A DNA stretch of 36,421 bases from Chiloscyllium plagiosum. Taxonomy: Eukaryota. Below the pieces are notes generated by a model, which was not told the origin of the DNA, made no database searches, and worked only from the letters and a program-made list of their open reading frames with translations. Position numbers and translations under genes: made by a program. The stretch spans positions 17,302-53,722 of the forward strand of contig NW_025215041.1 of assembly GCF_004010195.1 (NCBI RefSeq), in the 5' to 3' direction. Shown here piece by piece: positions 13,120-25,324 of this stretch; the first letter of the stretch is position 1, and the number at the start of each line of letters is the position of its first letter.

Positions 13120-14127
13120 GTAGATCGGTGATTTTGATGGAAAATATTAAGTCTGGAGTCTGGTTACTCGTGCTGTGCCACAAGGATCTGTTTTGGGTCT
13201 ATCACTGTTTGTCATTTTGATAAATGACTTAGTCACAGGCATAGCTGGATGGGTTAGTAAGTTTGCAGATGACACTAAAATCGGTGGAGCAGTGGACAGT
13301 GTGGAAGAATGTTGCAGGTTGCAGGGGGACTTGGATAAACTGTAGAATTGTGCTACGTGTTGGCAAATGGAGTTCAATGTTGATAAATGTGAGGTGATTC
13401 TTTTTAGGAAGAATAAAAGATGGTCACTGAAAAGATGCTTGGTAGTGTGGATACGCAGAGGGATCTTTGAGACAATGTAAATAGAGCCCTAAAAAATTAC
13501 ACCCAGGTTGATAGTGCTGTTAAGAAGGTATGCGGTGTGTAAGGTTTCATTGGTAGAAGGATTGTGTACTGAGCCATAATGTCATGCTGCAATTACATAA
13601 ACGCTAGTGTGCCCGCACTTGGAATATTATGTACATCTCTTAGCCCCATTACAGGAACCAGGTGGAAATATTGGAAAATGTGCAGAGGACATTTAACAGC
13701 ATGTTGTCTGGTCTGGAGGGAAGGTCTTATCAGAAACTTGCGTCCATCTGATTGGAAAGAAGAATGCTAAGAGGAGTTTGATAGAGACATAGGAAATGAT
13801 CCGAGGATTAGATATGGTAGACAGTGGAAGTCTTTTTTCCTAGGATGACGATGTCAGCTTGTACGAGGGGACATTGATACAAATTGAGGGGTGATAAATG
13901 TAAGACAGATGTCAGAGGCAGATTGTTTACTCAGAGAGTGGTAAGAGCGTAGAATGCCCTGCCTACCAATGTAGTTAACTCAACCACATTAGGCAGATTT
14001 AAACAATCTTTGGACAAGCACATGGATGATGATGGGATATTGGAGCGGATGAGGTTAGATGAGTTCATAGGTCGGCGCAACATCGATGGTTGAAAGGCCT
14101 GTTAGGCGCTGTATTGTTCTATGTTTT
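13120..14127 (+). mobile_element. 5'-truncated CR1 LINE
   Basis: VPQGSVLG and SKFADDTK coding sequence; 3' UTR GGTCGGCGCAACATCGA...GCGCTGTATTGTTCTATGTT shared with the 8461-10000 copy. Confidence 0.93.
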
Positions 14128-14149
14128 CTGGTCCCATTGGTTTCTGAAC

Positions 14150-14910
14150 ATAACCTGCTTAGAGGCAATATAGCGACAGGTATACCAGACGTGGGTAATG
14201 TACAGAAATCACTGGGGAAGTCCCTGCTGAAGAGGACAAAATATGGCTTTAAATGGGGTGCTTCTTCAAGTATCAAACAAAAGTGTGGGCAATCACTGAT
14301 GGACAAGTTTGGGCTTATTCCATGCTGCTGCTCATTTCAATTGATTATGTGCATTATTCTACGCACTTCGGCAAAGAGGGAATAGCTAATACACCATTTC
14401 AAACTTGGTGGCACCCAGGTTTTCAGAATGCAGGCTGCGAACAATGCTATAATATGGATGTCCTGCGTTTGTTGAACCATCTATTTTGCTGGTGGGCCTT
14501 TTAATTTGTCGAACCACTTTTTTGGCCGGTGGGCCTTTTAGTTAATTAATAGAACTCATTGCCTCTTGGGACTTTTATTTGTCCACCACTTGCTTGTATT
14601 GAATTTCTTTGAACACATTGTTATGAATATTGTTGAATACAAGGGAATATTTTTAATAGATGAATCAAGATCATCCCAACGACTGATACTGCTGCAACAA
14701 TATTGGTGGACAAGTGGAAATATTTGCATCATTTAAACAAAACTCTTCAAAGTTTACACTCACAACCCAACCAAGCTTCAGAACAAGGAACTGAGCAAAT
14801 TGAAGCTTAGGTGGAAAGGCCCGTTCCTAGTCCTGCTGGTCACCCGCAGCAGTCAAGGTCAAGCAGAATCTCGAGTGGATGCATACAACCAAATGAAAAA
14901 GAGCGCACCC
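14150..14910 (+). mobile_element. Class I (gamma/epsilon-like) endogenous retrovirus pol relic: integrase N- and C-terminal domains
   Basis: HHCC zinc domain HYSTHFGKEG...WWHPG...CEQC (14352-14447); C-terminal KLRWKGPFLVLLVT/AVKVKQNLEWMH (14803-14884, one frameshift); DDE core largely missing. Confidence 0.8.
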
Positions 14911-15490
14911 TCCAGATGAAAATCAGATGACCCTATCATTAACACCTTTTCTCCCTCTGTCCACGAATGGCTCAGACTTGTAACTCGGCGGTTTCCTCCA
15001 CTCTTCTGTACCTTTCTTTCTCGAACTACTTTTGAGTGCTGCACAATGAACAGCCTAATAACCTCTAGCAAATGGCAATTACAGTTTAATACTTTTTCTT
15101 TTACGCAGAGAGGGTAAACCACTCCAAGTGCTGGGAATATACCCATATCCCCATCCTACCCAAATTCGCACCACTTGAGCCCTTATGGAATTTCAGTGGC
15201 TGAGAACATTCTGTTCCTCTGCATTTGGATCGGCTCAACTGGGCATCCAAGCAAATTTGCAGACAATCTTGTGTTCGGTTCATTCACTGTTGTGGCCCTG
15301 CACTCCAGCAATCTTGCAGTTGCCTCAATATCCCCGTCCAAATGATGATTCCAAATTGCTCGAAAGCTCTTCGGTTTTTCTTACTGGAACTGTGAACTAT
15401 CTGTCCGATATCCAACCCCCATCGTCTGATCATCCCGTTGGCTCTTGGTATATTTTCCCTTTTGCTGACAACCCTAATCTGTTCTATGAA
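14911..15490 (+). mobile_element. Probable env relic of the same ERV
   Basis: Directly after integrase; YAERVNHSKCWEYTHIP (about 15102-15152) resembles the class I SU N-x-S-x-CWVC-x-H-x-P motif with a mutated CXXC; 3' limit uncertain. Confidence 0.5.
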
Positions 15491-15519
15491 AGAAAAGAGG
15501 ATTGATTGTGGGAGAACTT

Positions 15520-16034
15520 GACCAAAATTGACAGAAAAATGTGTGGAAGCAATGTTTGCACAAAGCAATTTGTGTAGTAAAATATAGCCTGCGAGAATAG
15601 TGCTTTTTGGGACCTGGCTGAGGAAATCTGGTTTGATAGCAACCTTACAGCTGCAAACTGTCTCTGCTCCTCAGGCCCCTTAGAGAGTTCTGTTTCATCG
15701 AATGATGTATTTTTTTCACTAAGTCCCTTATTGGTTGTTTTTGCCGACGTGAACCTGCAAATAAGATAACATTTAATTTTGTCAACATTAACAAATGTAA
15801 GTCTGGACAATGTTTATGTACCTTGCGAATGCCAATTGTTGCGTAATTAATGAGCAGTGGTCTTGTGTTGTACTGTACAGCTTGTAACATTGTGTATTTC
15901 ATTGTAATACATCGGAAATCTTCGAACAAAGAGATATTCCCCATGGCCGTAAATAAAAGCCAGTTAATTCTCAAGGTCTCATCTCCTGACTATTTTATTT
16001 AGAAGATTCGATGTAAGATTTACTTTTCCCAAAC
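15520..16034. repeat. Unclassified duplicated segment, copy B
   Basis: Collinear direct-orientation similarity to 7900-8446. Confidence 0.8.
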
Positions 16035-16380
16035 ACACAGATAGGATGAATGAAGAGAGTTGTACTCTCAGGGACGGGGAACTGAAACCTAGAGGGCATC
16101 GGCTTAAGGGGAGAGAGTAAATATTTAAAAGGATCTGAGGGCTAACCTCGTCACACAGAGAGTGGTACGTATATGGAATGAGCTGCCAGAGGTTGAAGAG
16201 TGTGGAACAACAATATTTAAGACACCAAAGACATTTTTCTTGGTACATGCATGGGAATGGTTTAGAGGTATATGAGCCAAACATGGACATTTCGAATAAG
16301 CTTTGCAAACGCCACAGTCAGCGTTGACCGGTTTGGACTGAAGGGCCTATTTCCATGCTGTATTGGTCTATGTCTCTATG
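16035..16380 (+). mobile_element. CR1 3' end fragment
   Basis: AAACCTAGAGGGCATCGGCTTAAGG...CACACAGAGAGTGGT...GAAGGGCCTATTTCCATGCTGTA with TCTATG tail. Confidence 0.85.
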
Positions 16381-16886
16381 TGAATGCAGAAAGTGGAATT
16401 TGCAATTTTGCAGATAACACGAAAACTGCTGGTGCCACTGATAGTGAGGAGGACGTCCCCAGTCTGATTCTGATCAGCTGCAAAATTGAGCAGGCAATGG
16501 TAGATGGAAATTAAGGGCATACACTATAAATGCTCAATTCCTGAGGACTACTAAGGGGTACTGGCATACAATTCTTTAGATCTCTGAAGAAGTCAGTGCA
16601 GGGAGACACCTTGACAAAGGTGGCCTTCATTACCAAGTGTGTCAAACATTTGAATAACGAAGTAGAAAAGTGTAGAGCTGGAAAGGCACAGCCGGTCAGG
16701 CATCATTCAAAGAGAATTAGAGTCGATGTTTCAACTATGAGCTCTTCATCAAGAATGAATGCATTAGGAAGCTTTCTTTCAAATATTGGTGAACCAACAT
16801 CTGGAAAAGTGTGTGCAGTTCTGTTTCCCACACTGTCAGAAAAGCATGATTGCATTCAAGTGAAAAACAAATTCACCACAATGTTA
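16381..16886 (+). mobile_element. Decayed CR1 RT fragment containing a Penelope-like terminal piece (about 16655-16755)
   Basis: CNFADNTK (FADDTK-like); the insert GCTGGAAAGGCACAGCCGGTCAGGGCATC...GATGTTTC...CTTCATCAAG resembles 24897-25026. Confidence 0.6.
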
Positions 16887-19800
16887 AGAACATAGAACAG
16901 TACAGCACAGAACAGGCCCATCAGCCCACGATGTTTTGCCGACCATTGACCCTCATATAAGGTAAACCTAATGTACGAACCCTCAAATTTCTATGACCAT
17001 ACGCATGTCTAGCAATCTCTTAAATATCCCAAATGATCTCGCTTCCACAATTGCTGCTGGAAACGCATTCCATGCTCTCACAATTCTCTGCGTTAAGAAT
17101 CTCCTTCTGACATCCCCTCTATACTTTCCGCCAAATCGTGTTAACAATTTCTGCCCTGGGAAAAAGTCTCTGGCTATCGGCTCTATCTATGCCTCTCATT
17201 ATCTTGTACACCTTAATTAGCTCCCCTCTCTTCCTTCTTTTTTCCAATGAAAAATGTCCGAGCTCAGTCAACCTCTCTTCGTAAGATAAGCCCACAATTC
17301 CAGGCAAAATCCTGGTAAATCTCCTCTGAACCCTTTCCAAAGCATCCGCATCTTTCCGATGATAGGGTGACCAGAACTGGACACAGTATTCCAAGTGCGG
17401 TCTAACCAGAGCTGCAACAAGATCTCACGGCTCTTAAACTCAGTCCCCCTGTTAATGAAAGTCAAAATACCATATGCTTTCTTAACAACCCCGTCCACTT
17501 GGGTGGCAATTTTAAAGGATCTATGTACCTGCACACCAAGATCCCGCTGTTCCTCCACACTGTCAAGAATCCTGTCTTTAATCCTGTACTCAACTTTTAA
17601 GTTCGACCTTCCAAAATGCATCCCCTCGCATTTATCCAGGTTGAATTCCATCTGCCACCTCTCAGCCCATCTCTGCATCCTGTCAATGTCACGCTGCAGC
17701 CTACAACAGTACTCTATGCTATCAACGACACCTCGAACCTTTGTGTCGTCTGCAAGCTTGCTAAACCATCCTTCAATCTCCTCATCCAAGTCATTAATAA
17801 AAAATACAAAGAGTAGATGCCAAAGAACAGAGCCATGTGGATAACCGCTCACCACTGACTTCCAAGCAGAATACTTTCCTTCCACTACCACTCGCGGTTT
17901 TCTGTAGACCAGTCAGTTCCGTATCCAGACAGCTACACTTCCTTGTGTCCCATTCTTCCTGACCTTCTGAACGAGCCCTCGATGTGGAACCTCATCAAAT
18001 GCTTGCTGAAGTCCTTATACACCACATCCACCGCTCGACCCTCATCAACTTGTCTAGTAACTTCCTCAAAGAACTCAATAAGATTTGTGAGGTATGACCT
18101 GCCCCACAAAAGCCGTGCTGACAACATTTAATCAAGTCAGGCTCTTCCAGTTGGTCATAAATCCTATCCCTCAGAACCCTTTCTAAAACATTGAAGAAGG
18201 CAGACGTGAGGACTGATTGGTCTGTAATTGCCGGGGATTTCCCGATCATCTTTCTTGAAGAGAGGAAATACATTTGCCTCCCTCCAGTCCTCAGGTACGA
18301 CTCCGGTGGAGAGCGAACATGCAAAGATCTTCGCAAGGGGCGAAGCAATCACAGTTCTCCCTTCCCAAAGCAGCCGAGGATAAATCTGGTCTAGCCCTGG
18401 CGACTTGTCAATGTTGATGTTTGTCAAAAGTTTCAGTACCCCAGCTTGGTCAATCTCTATCTGTTCCAGCATGCTTACCTGCTCCTCAATGGTTTCATTC
18501 ACTACAATGTCCTTTTCTTTAGTAAGAACAGAAGCAAAAAACTCATTTAGGGCTTCCCCTACCTCCTCAGACTCTAGACACAAGTTCCCTGATCGACTCT
18601 ACACTTTCTTTGATCATTCTCTTATTTCTCACATACGTCAAAAATGCCTTTGGTTTCTCACTAATCCTTCATGCCAAGCCTTTTTCCTGCCCCCTGCTGG
18701 CTCTTCTCAGACCATTTTTGAGCTCCATCCTCGCCTGCCTGTAATCCGCTAGAGCTGAGCAAGACCCTTGCTTCCTCCACCTTACGTAAGCTGCCTTTTT
18801 TCTTTTGACGAGAAGCTTCTCCGTTCTCGTCATCCAAGGTTCCTTTATCTTACCCCTTGTTGCCTGTCTCAGTGGAACACATTTATGCATCACTTGCAAC
18901 AACTGTTCCTTAAACAGTCTCCCCATGTCTGTAGTGCCCTTTGCATGGAACAATTGCTCGCAGTCCATGCTTCCCAACTCACGTCTGATAGCATCATAGT
19001 TTCTTTTTCCCCAATTAAATATACTCTCATTGTGTCTGCTTTTCTCCTTCTCTATAGCTATGTAGAATGTGACCCAGTTGTTGTCACTATCACCAAAATG
19101 GTCTCCCACTCACATGCCCGGACTCATTGCCGAGCACTAAATCCAAAATGGCCTCTCTCTTCGTCGGCCTGTCACGTACTGAGTTAGGAAACCCTCCTGA
19201 ACACACCTTACCAAAACAGCTCCTTCCAAACCATCTGCTCGAAGGAGGTTCCAATCAATATTGGGAAAGTTAAAGTCACCCATTACAACAACCCGACTAA
19301 ATTCACACTTTTCCAAATTCTGCCGACCCATGCTTTCTTCAATCTCCCTATAGATTGGGGGGCCTATAGTAAACACCTAATGAGGTGACTGCTCCGTTAC
19401 TGTTCTTAATTCCCACCCAAAATGACTCAGTAGGCAGTAAGCTCCCTTACCTCGACAATGGCAGCTTCTGTAGCTGTGATGCCTTCGCTGATTAGGAGTG
19501 CTATACCCCTTCCTCTTTTTCCCCCTCCCTATTATTTTTAAATGTTCTAAACCCTGGAACGTCCAGCAACCATTCCTGCCTCTGAGAAACCCACGTCTCT
19601 GTTATGGCCACACCATCATAGCACCAGGTTCTGATCCATGCTCAAAGGTCATCACTTTTATTCCTGACACTCCTTGCATTAAAGCAAGGCACAGTTTAAC
19701 CGATGCCTTGGTTCTTTCCCAGGAAATTCATTCCCACTGGCTGCGCTACCTATTGCTATTGCCTCATCTCCATCAACTCTCACCACGGATATGTAGCTCA

Positions 19801-20417
19801 GGTTCCCACCGCACTGTCATACTCGTTTAAACCTTCCTGAACCACTCGACCAAACCTTCCATCCAAGATATTGGTCCCCTTCCAGTTCAGGTGCAACCCG
19901 TCCTTCATGTACAGATCTCACTTTCTCCAGAAGGCATCCCAATTATCTAAATATCTGAAGCCCTCCCTCCTACACCAGCTGCACAGTCACATGATAAGTT
20001 GCGCCGCTCCCTGTTCCTCGCCTCGCTATCTCGTGGCACCAGTAGTAAACCCGAGAACACTACTCTGTTCGTCCTGCTCTGCAGTGTCCACCCTAACTCC
20101 CTGAAATCGCTTTTTGCATCCTAATCCTTTTCCTAGCTATATCGTTGGTGCCAATATGTAACATGATTTCTGGCTGTTCGCCCTCGCCTTTCAGAATCTT
20201 ATCCACCCGATCAGAGACGTCCCGGATCCTGGCACCAAGGAGGCAACATATCTTCCTGGAATCTCGATCCTGACCACAAAATCTCCTGTCAATTCTCTTA
20301 ACAATCGAGTCTCCTACCACTAGCGATTTTCTATTCTGCCCCCTTCCCTTCTGGGCCACAGTGTCAGGCTCCGTGTCAGAGAACTGACCACTATGGCTTT
20401 CCTCTTGTAGGTCACTC
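16887..20417 (-). mobile_element. Long CR1 LINE: ORF1 SGNH esterase domain, APE endonuclease, RT, 3' UTR; inactivated
   Basis: ORF1 LVVGDSIV...HIGTND; endonuclease VVMGDFNFPNIDW; KSPGLDQIYPR, GNYRPIS, SKLADDTK, EYCVQFWSP; TGTTCTATGTTCT tail at 16887; many frameshifts. Confidence 0.96.
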
Positions 20418-21545
20418 AATCCATGAGGGATAGAAATTGAGGACAAGAAAAATCCTCACATGGAAAGGAATTGATCTCGATGAAGATCATAAGGATGACT
20501 TACCACAGGGTGAAAAGGAAACTCTTGAAGGGGAAAGAGAAGTTAAAAAGCTCTGGCGTTTTTGCTGCAATACAGTAGGCTACATAAATCAGTGTTGGTG
20601 GTTAGGAAAAACACTGGGAAGCCAGATGTAGGAAACAGGATAAGCCAGTGAATTTTATTGGAGAGGTAACAGAAAGCACAATGGAGGTTTGAAATCTGCA
20701 CCAGAATGTACAAGCTGGTTGGAGGTACCAGATCTTCTTAAACCATCCACCTCTGAAGGTAAAGTTTACTCGCATAGGCCAGGAGGAGCAGGTAAAGTGG
20801 TTACAACATTAAGAGATACAAAGATCCTCTAAATCTGTGATGCCAGAAGATGAGGAGATATGCACCTCTGAAGGACTATTGCCAGAAAAAGGTTCCAGTA
20901 ACGGGAATTCATGTTGAGACAAGAAACGCTGAATTGTGAGAAGTGAAGTTAGAGTGTCCAGTGAAGAGTGGAGAAGTTGTGGTCGGAGTAATCGACAAAC
21001 TCTCAGCTCCGGGAATACAATTTATTCTTGATAATGATATTGCTGATTCACCGGTAGGAGTGCTGGCGACTGTTGTTGAACAGCCAATGGAAACTCAGGC
21101 AACTGAATTATTGCTGGACATATATCCTGGGATTATTCCTGACTGTGCAGTGACAAAGTCACAGTCAGCAGTTGAAACAGAAGAGATCAAAGAGTACAGA
21201 TAAGAAAGTTGAAGTGAAATTAGCAAAGACCCTCTTGGATCAGATGGTTGAGACAAACCGGGAACACACAGATGATAAAGCAGACATGTTTAGCTTAAAT
21301 CTTAAGCAAATGTAAAGCAATTGTATCAAAAGGCATACACAGAAGAATGTGAATCTATCCCTGCATCTACAAAAATAATATCTTAATGAGGAAATGGAGA
21401 CCATCACATGTTCAGGCTGATGAGAAATATGCAGAAGTTTATCGAGTTGTACTGCCAGTGGTTTATAGAGGGAGGTGTCGAATAGCGCATGAGCTACCAC
21501 GAGGAGGTCATTTAGGAGTGAGAAAAACTCAGACTTTTGCAGAGA
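20418..21545 (+). mobile_element. Ty3/Gypsy LTR retrotransposon relic (Gmr1-like domain order): gag knuckle, protease, integrase zinc domain
   Basis: Decayed CCHC FCCNTVGYINQCWW (about 20560-20601); protease-like VTTLRDT (about 20800) and VVVGVIDKLSAPGIQFILDNDIA; integrase IAHELPRGGHLGVRKTQ (about 21482-21532). Confidence 0.8.
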
Positions 21546-21654
21546 TTGTTTGGAATTCACATTTAATTGTCATCTCTGTATCTGAGAACTATTCAGTAAA
21601 GGATTAATTCTGTCCTTCTCAGTCACAGATAAACTCCATGTAAATGTGCTTCAT

Positions 21655-21928
21655 CCAGGTTGGAGGATTTGAGCTATAGGGAGAGGCGGAATAGGTTTGA
21701 ACTGTTTTACAGAGGTTCATAAAATCACAAGGGGCATGGAGAAGTGGTGGAGGCTGGTACAATTACAACATTTAAAAGGCATTTGGATATGTATATGAAT
21801 AGGAAGGGTTTAGATGGACATGGGCCAAGTGCTGACAAATGGGACTAGATTTGGTTAGGATACCTGATCAGCATGGACGAGTTGGACCGCAAGGTCTGTT
21901 TCCATGCTGTACATCTCTATGACTCAAT
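21655..21928 (+). mobile_element. Internally deleted CR1 3' end
   Basis: TTGAGCTATAGGGAGAGG...TTTAAAAGGCATTTGGAT...GGTCTGTTTCCATGCTGTACATCTCTATGACTC. Confidence 0.85.
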
Positions 21929-22789
21929 GATTCCTTGTTCTCACCAGCAGGACATGAGTTGTGCCGCGCTGCACCTTGTCGTTAGATTGTGTTTGCTTTT
22001 CATATGATTCGATACCAATTGAGTGAGACCTAGAAACTGAGCAACAACTGCACAGCTCCATGAATGGGACTACTCACCACCGGGATGCTAATACAGTTCA
22101 ATATCCAACTCCCAATATACTACCTGTTGGAGAGAGGAAAAACGGCGCGATATCTAATGTTTTACCAAGACCCATATGTTTGTCCTTTTAGAGGGGTATC
22201 CCATTCCTTCAGTCGGTCTGCGATTCCACTATTGATTGCACATTTTCAACAAACAATGGGAAACAGAATGAAATTTCAACAGGGTTCAGAGGATTAAAAA
22301 CCACAAGAATGTCCCACAGCTCCTTCCCGCTCTGTCTCCCTCAGCAGGCCCACACACAGCCCGAGAAAGGCCTCTCTCTTCCCCCCAGCCCGCTCACTCC
22401 AAGTTCCGGGCCCAGTTCCTGCTCCGCTCGGCCTCTTACAAACAGCCCCCGGTTCTCCCTGAACTCACCCCGAATCAATCCCGGTCTCGGAGCCCCCTCT
22501 GTGTCCCAGGCTCCCATCCCGATGTGCTGCTGGAAGGAGCCTGCTGTTCCCTCGCTTCCCTGGGCGCTGATCTCTCCATTGCGGTCTGTTTCAAACAAAC
22601 CTCTTGCACTCACTGAGTAAATGCTCCTCAATGGCAGCGCTGGGGGAGGGCCTCACGCATGCGCTCCTCTGGTCAGGAACTGTCAGCTTTGGGGAGAAAA
22701 GGTTCAGTCCCAGATACAGTTGGGGCGGGAGTGAGCTGGAGGCGGAGCTGGATGATCAAAGCCATTTCCCTGCTCTGTCTGTCACTCAG

Positions 22790-22860
22790 TTTCCTCTCCG
22801 GACCCGCCTCTCTCTCTCTCAGCACTTTCTCAGTCAGGTCGGGCCTGGCTGTATAAAAAA
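22790..22860 (+). promoter_or_regulatory. Histone H4 proximal promoter
   Basis: GC box CCCGCC (about 22803), CTTTCTCAGTCAGGTC resembling the H4 site II element, TATAAAA at 22852-22858, about 60 nt before the ATG. Confidence 0.75.
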
Positions 22861-22905
22861 GGAAGGGGAGGCAGCTCGGCTCTCATTCGGCAGCGATTGG
22901 AGTGA

Positions 22906-23226
<321 letters not shown>

Positions 23227-23258
23227 GCATAAAGCGACCCTTTTCCAATGAACCCAAA

Positions 23259-23274
23259 GGCTCTTTTCAGAGCC
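23259..23274 (+). terminator. Histone 3' stem-loop (H4)
   Basis: CCAAA-GGCTCTTTTCAGAGCC-ACCCA, followed by a purine-rich HDE-like GATAGAGAGCGG. Confidence 0.97.
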
Positions 23275-23809
23275 ACCCAAACCCTCCGATAGAGAGCGGA
23301 GACCTGAGGACGGGGAAGGCAGCAAATTGGGAGGGGATAGTGTAACGGTTCTATAACGTGTCATTTGTCATTTTGCCCAGACATGACCCTTTCAGAAACG
23401 ATACTTTCATGAATTTTGATGCTGGGACACAGTGGATTTTTTCATAGCCTACTCTTTCCATGTGCCTGTTACAGACCGCTCAGGCAGCCATTAAGTTGTA
23501 TTTCGGCTGAAATAATTTTATCGTGGTACAAGAGGTTTAAATCGGCGGGGTTATTTAGATTGATTCGCGGCGGGTAGACGTTCGGCTGTTCAGTTTGTCT
23601 GGGCTGTTTTAAACTCAGCCTTTCCTCCTGCCTGTTACAGACAGATAAGGCAATCATCCCGCTAACAGCTAACTCGGCTTTAGTCGATTATTATAAAGTA
23701 TCTGAGTTGCGGACGAGTGGCGTAATATATCTTAATATGTTATTTTATTTCAGGGTTTGAGACGGTTAATTCGGCGGGCATTTTGAAATCGGCCAACTGT
23801 CATTACACG

Positions 23810-24177
<368 letters not shown>

Positions 24178-24231
24178 ACGGAGCCTGCCCGGCCCTGCAC
24201 ATTCACCCCGAGAGAGAGAGAGAAACACAAC

Positions 24232-24247
24232 GGCTCTTTTCAGAGCC
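24232..24247 (+). terminator. Histone 3' stem-loop (H3)
   Basis: GGCTCTTTTCAGAGCC followed by HDE-like GAGAGAGCGG. Confidence 0.95.
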
Positions 24248-24896
24248 ACTAAACTATCCAGAGAGAGCGGGAAACGATGCGTTGCATTACTATTGTAATT
24301 GTAAAACAAGGAAGTAAATAGGCAATGAGTTATAAGCGATATTGACATGGGCAGTGAAGTCATAACTAATGAGATCTCAACTTTAACACGATATTGTGGA
24401 TTATAAGTTTCCGCGAATCTCCCTCTCCGTCTTGGTAGTCATATGGCTTGTCGTTGGCGGAAGGGAAAGATTTGTCGCCAAGAGATCGACTTGCAGACAT
24501 TGGTATCGTATTTTAGGAAGTTCATAGGAGCTGAGTATAGCATTAATGGGGAGTCAATTAATCAAGAAAGTCACAGATAGTGGCAGCCAAGTTCCAAATA
24601 CTGAGATCTCTGGTGATCGCAGATTTTGTTATAATAGATTCTAGGATTTAACTAATGGGGGATGAGATAGAATTGGCGCCAAAAGATCAACGGCTCATTT
24701 TCAAATTTGAAAATCGCACTGACGTGTAGAAAAGAGCGCGAAGTTTTACAGATGAGAATGCGTTGATTTTGTCTATCGATGACAGAAGTGTAGTTCATAC
24801 TATCTCACTTTTCCCCCTTCCCTCCTTTTACAGCTGAAAAAAAAAAACACGGGTATTTAATATTTCCTCTGTCTCTCTCTGGAGACAGAGAAGAAA

Positions 24897-25110
24897 CGAG
24901 GTAAAAACAATGACTGCAGATGCTGGAAACCAGATTCTGGATCAGTGGTGCTGGAAGAGCACAGCAATTCAGGCAGCATCCGAGGACAGGCAAAATCGAC
25001 GTTTCGGGCAAAAGCCCTTCATCAGGAAAGGCTTTTGCCCGAAACGTTGATTTTGCCTGTCCTCGGATGCTGCCTGAATTGCTGTGCTCTTCCAGCACCA
25101 CTGATCCAGA
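24897..25110. mobile_element. Penelope-like-derived foldback element with TSD
   Basis: 81-bp inverted arms (24936-25016 / 25030-25110, one mismatch), 13-nt loop; direct repeat CAGAGAAGAAA at 24886-24896 and 25111-25121; homologous to 36250-36380. Confidence 0.88.
24992..25029 (-). ncRNA. Minimal type I hammerhead ribozyme core (Penelope-type)
   Basis: Minus strand CUGAUGA-A-GGGC UUUU GCCC-GAAACGUC; both catalytic boxes, stem II and palindromic ACGU; stem I pairing weak. Confidence 0.7.
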
Positions 25111-25324
25111 CAGAGAAGAAAGCCTGCCTATGAACACACTAGTTAACAAAGCGCAGAGGGAAATGGGCCGCTCAGTAGTATTTGCTATATCGACTGTATA
25201 CTTACTGCACTGGGTCAATTCAGCTCTTCCTGATGCAATTAAAGGGAATGTGAAACCAAAGTCAAACCCGATCGGGGTCATTTGTCATTCTGCAAGTACA
25301 AAATCACCATGTGGGTGGGTGGGT

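Noticed and set aside
17395..19187. Plus-strand ORFs over the minus-strand CR1 (and 8701-9225 antisense to the plus-strand CR1)
   Set aside because: Antisense shadows of LINE coding sequence.
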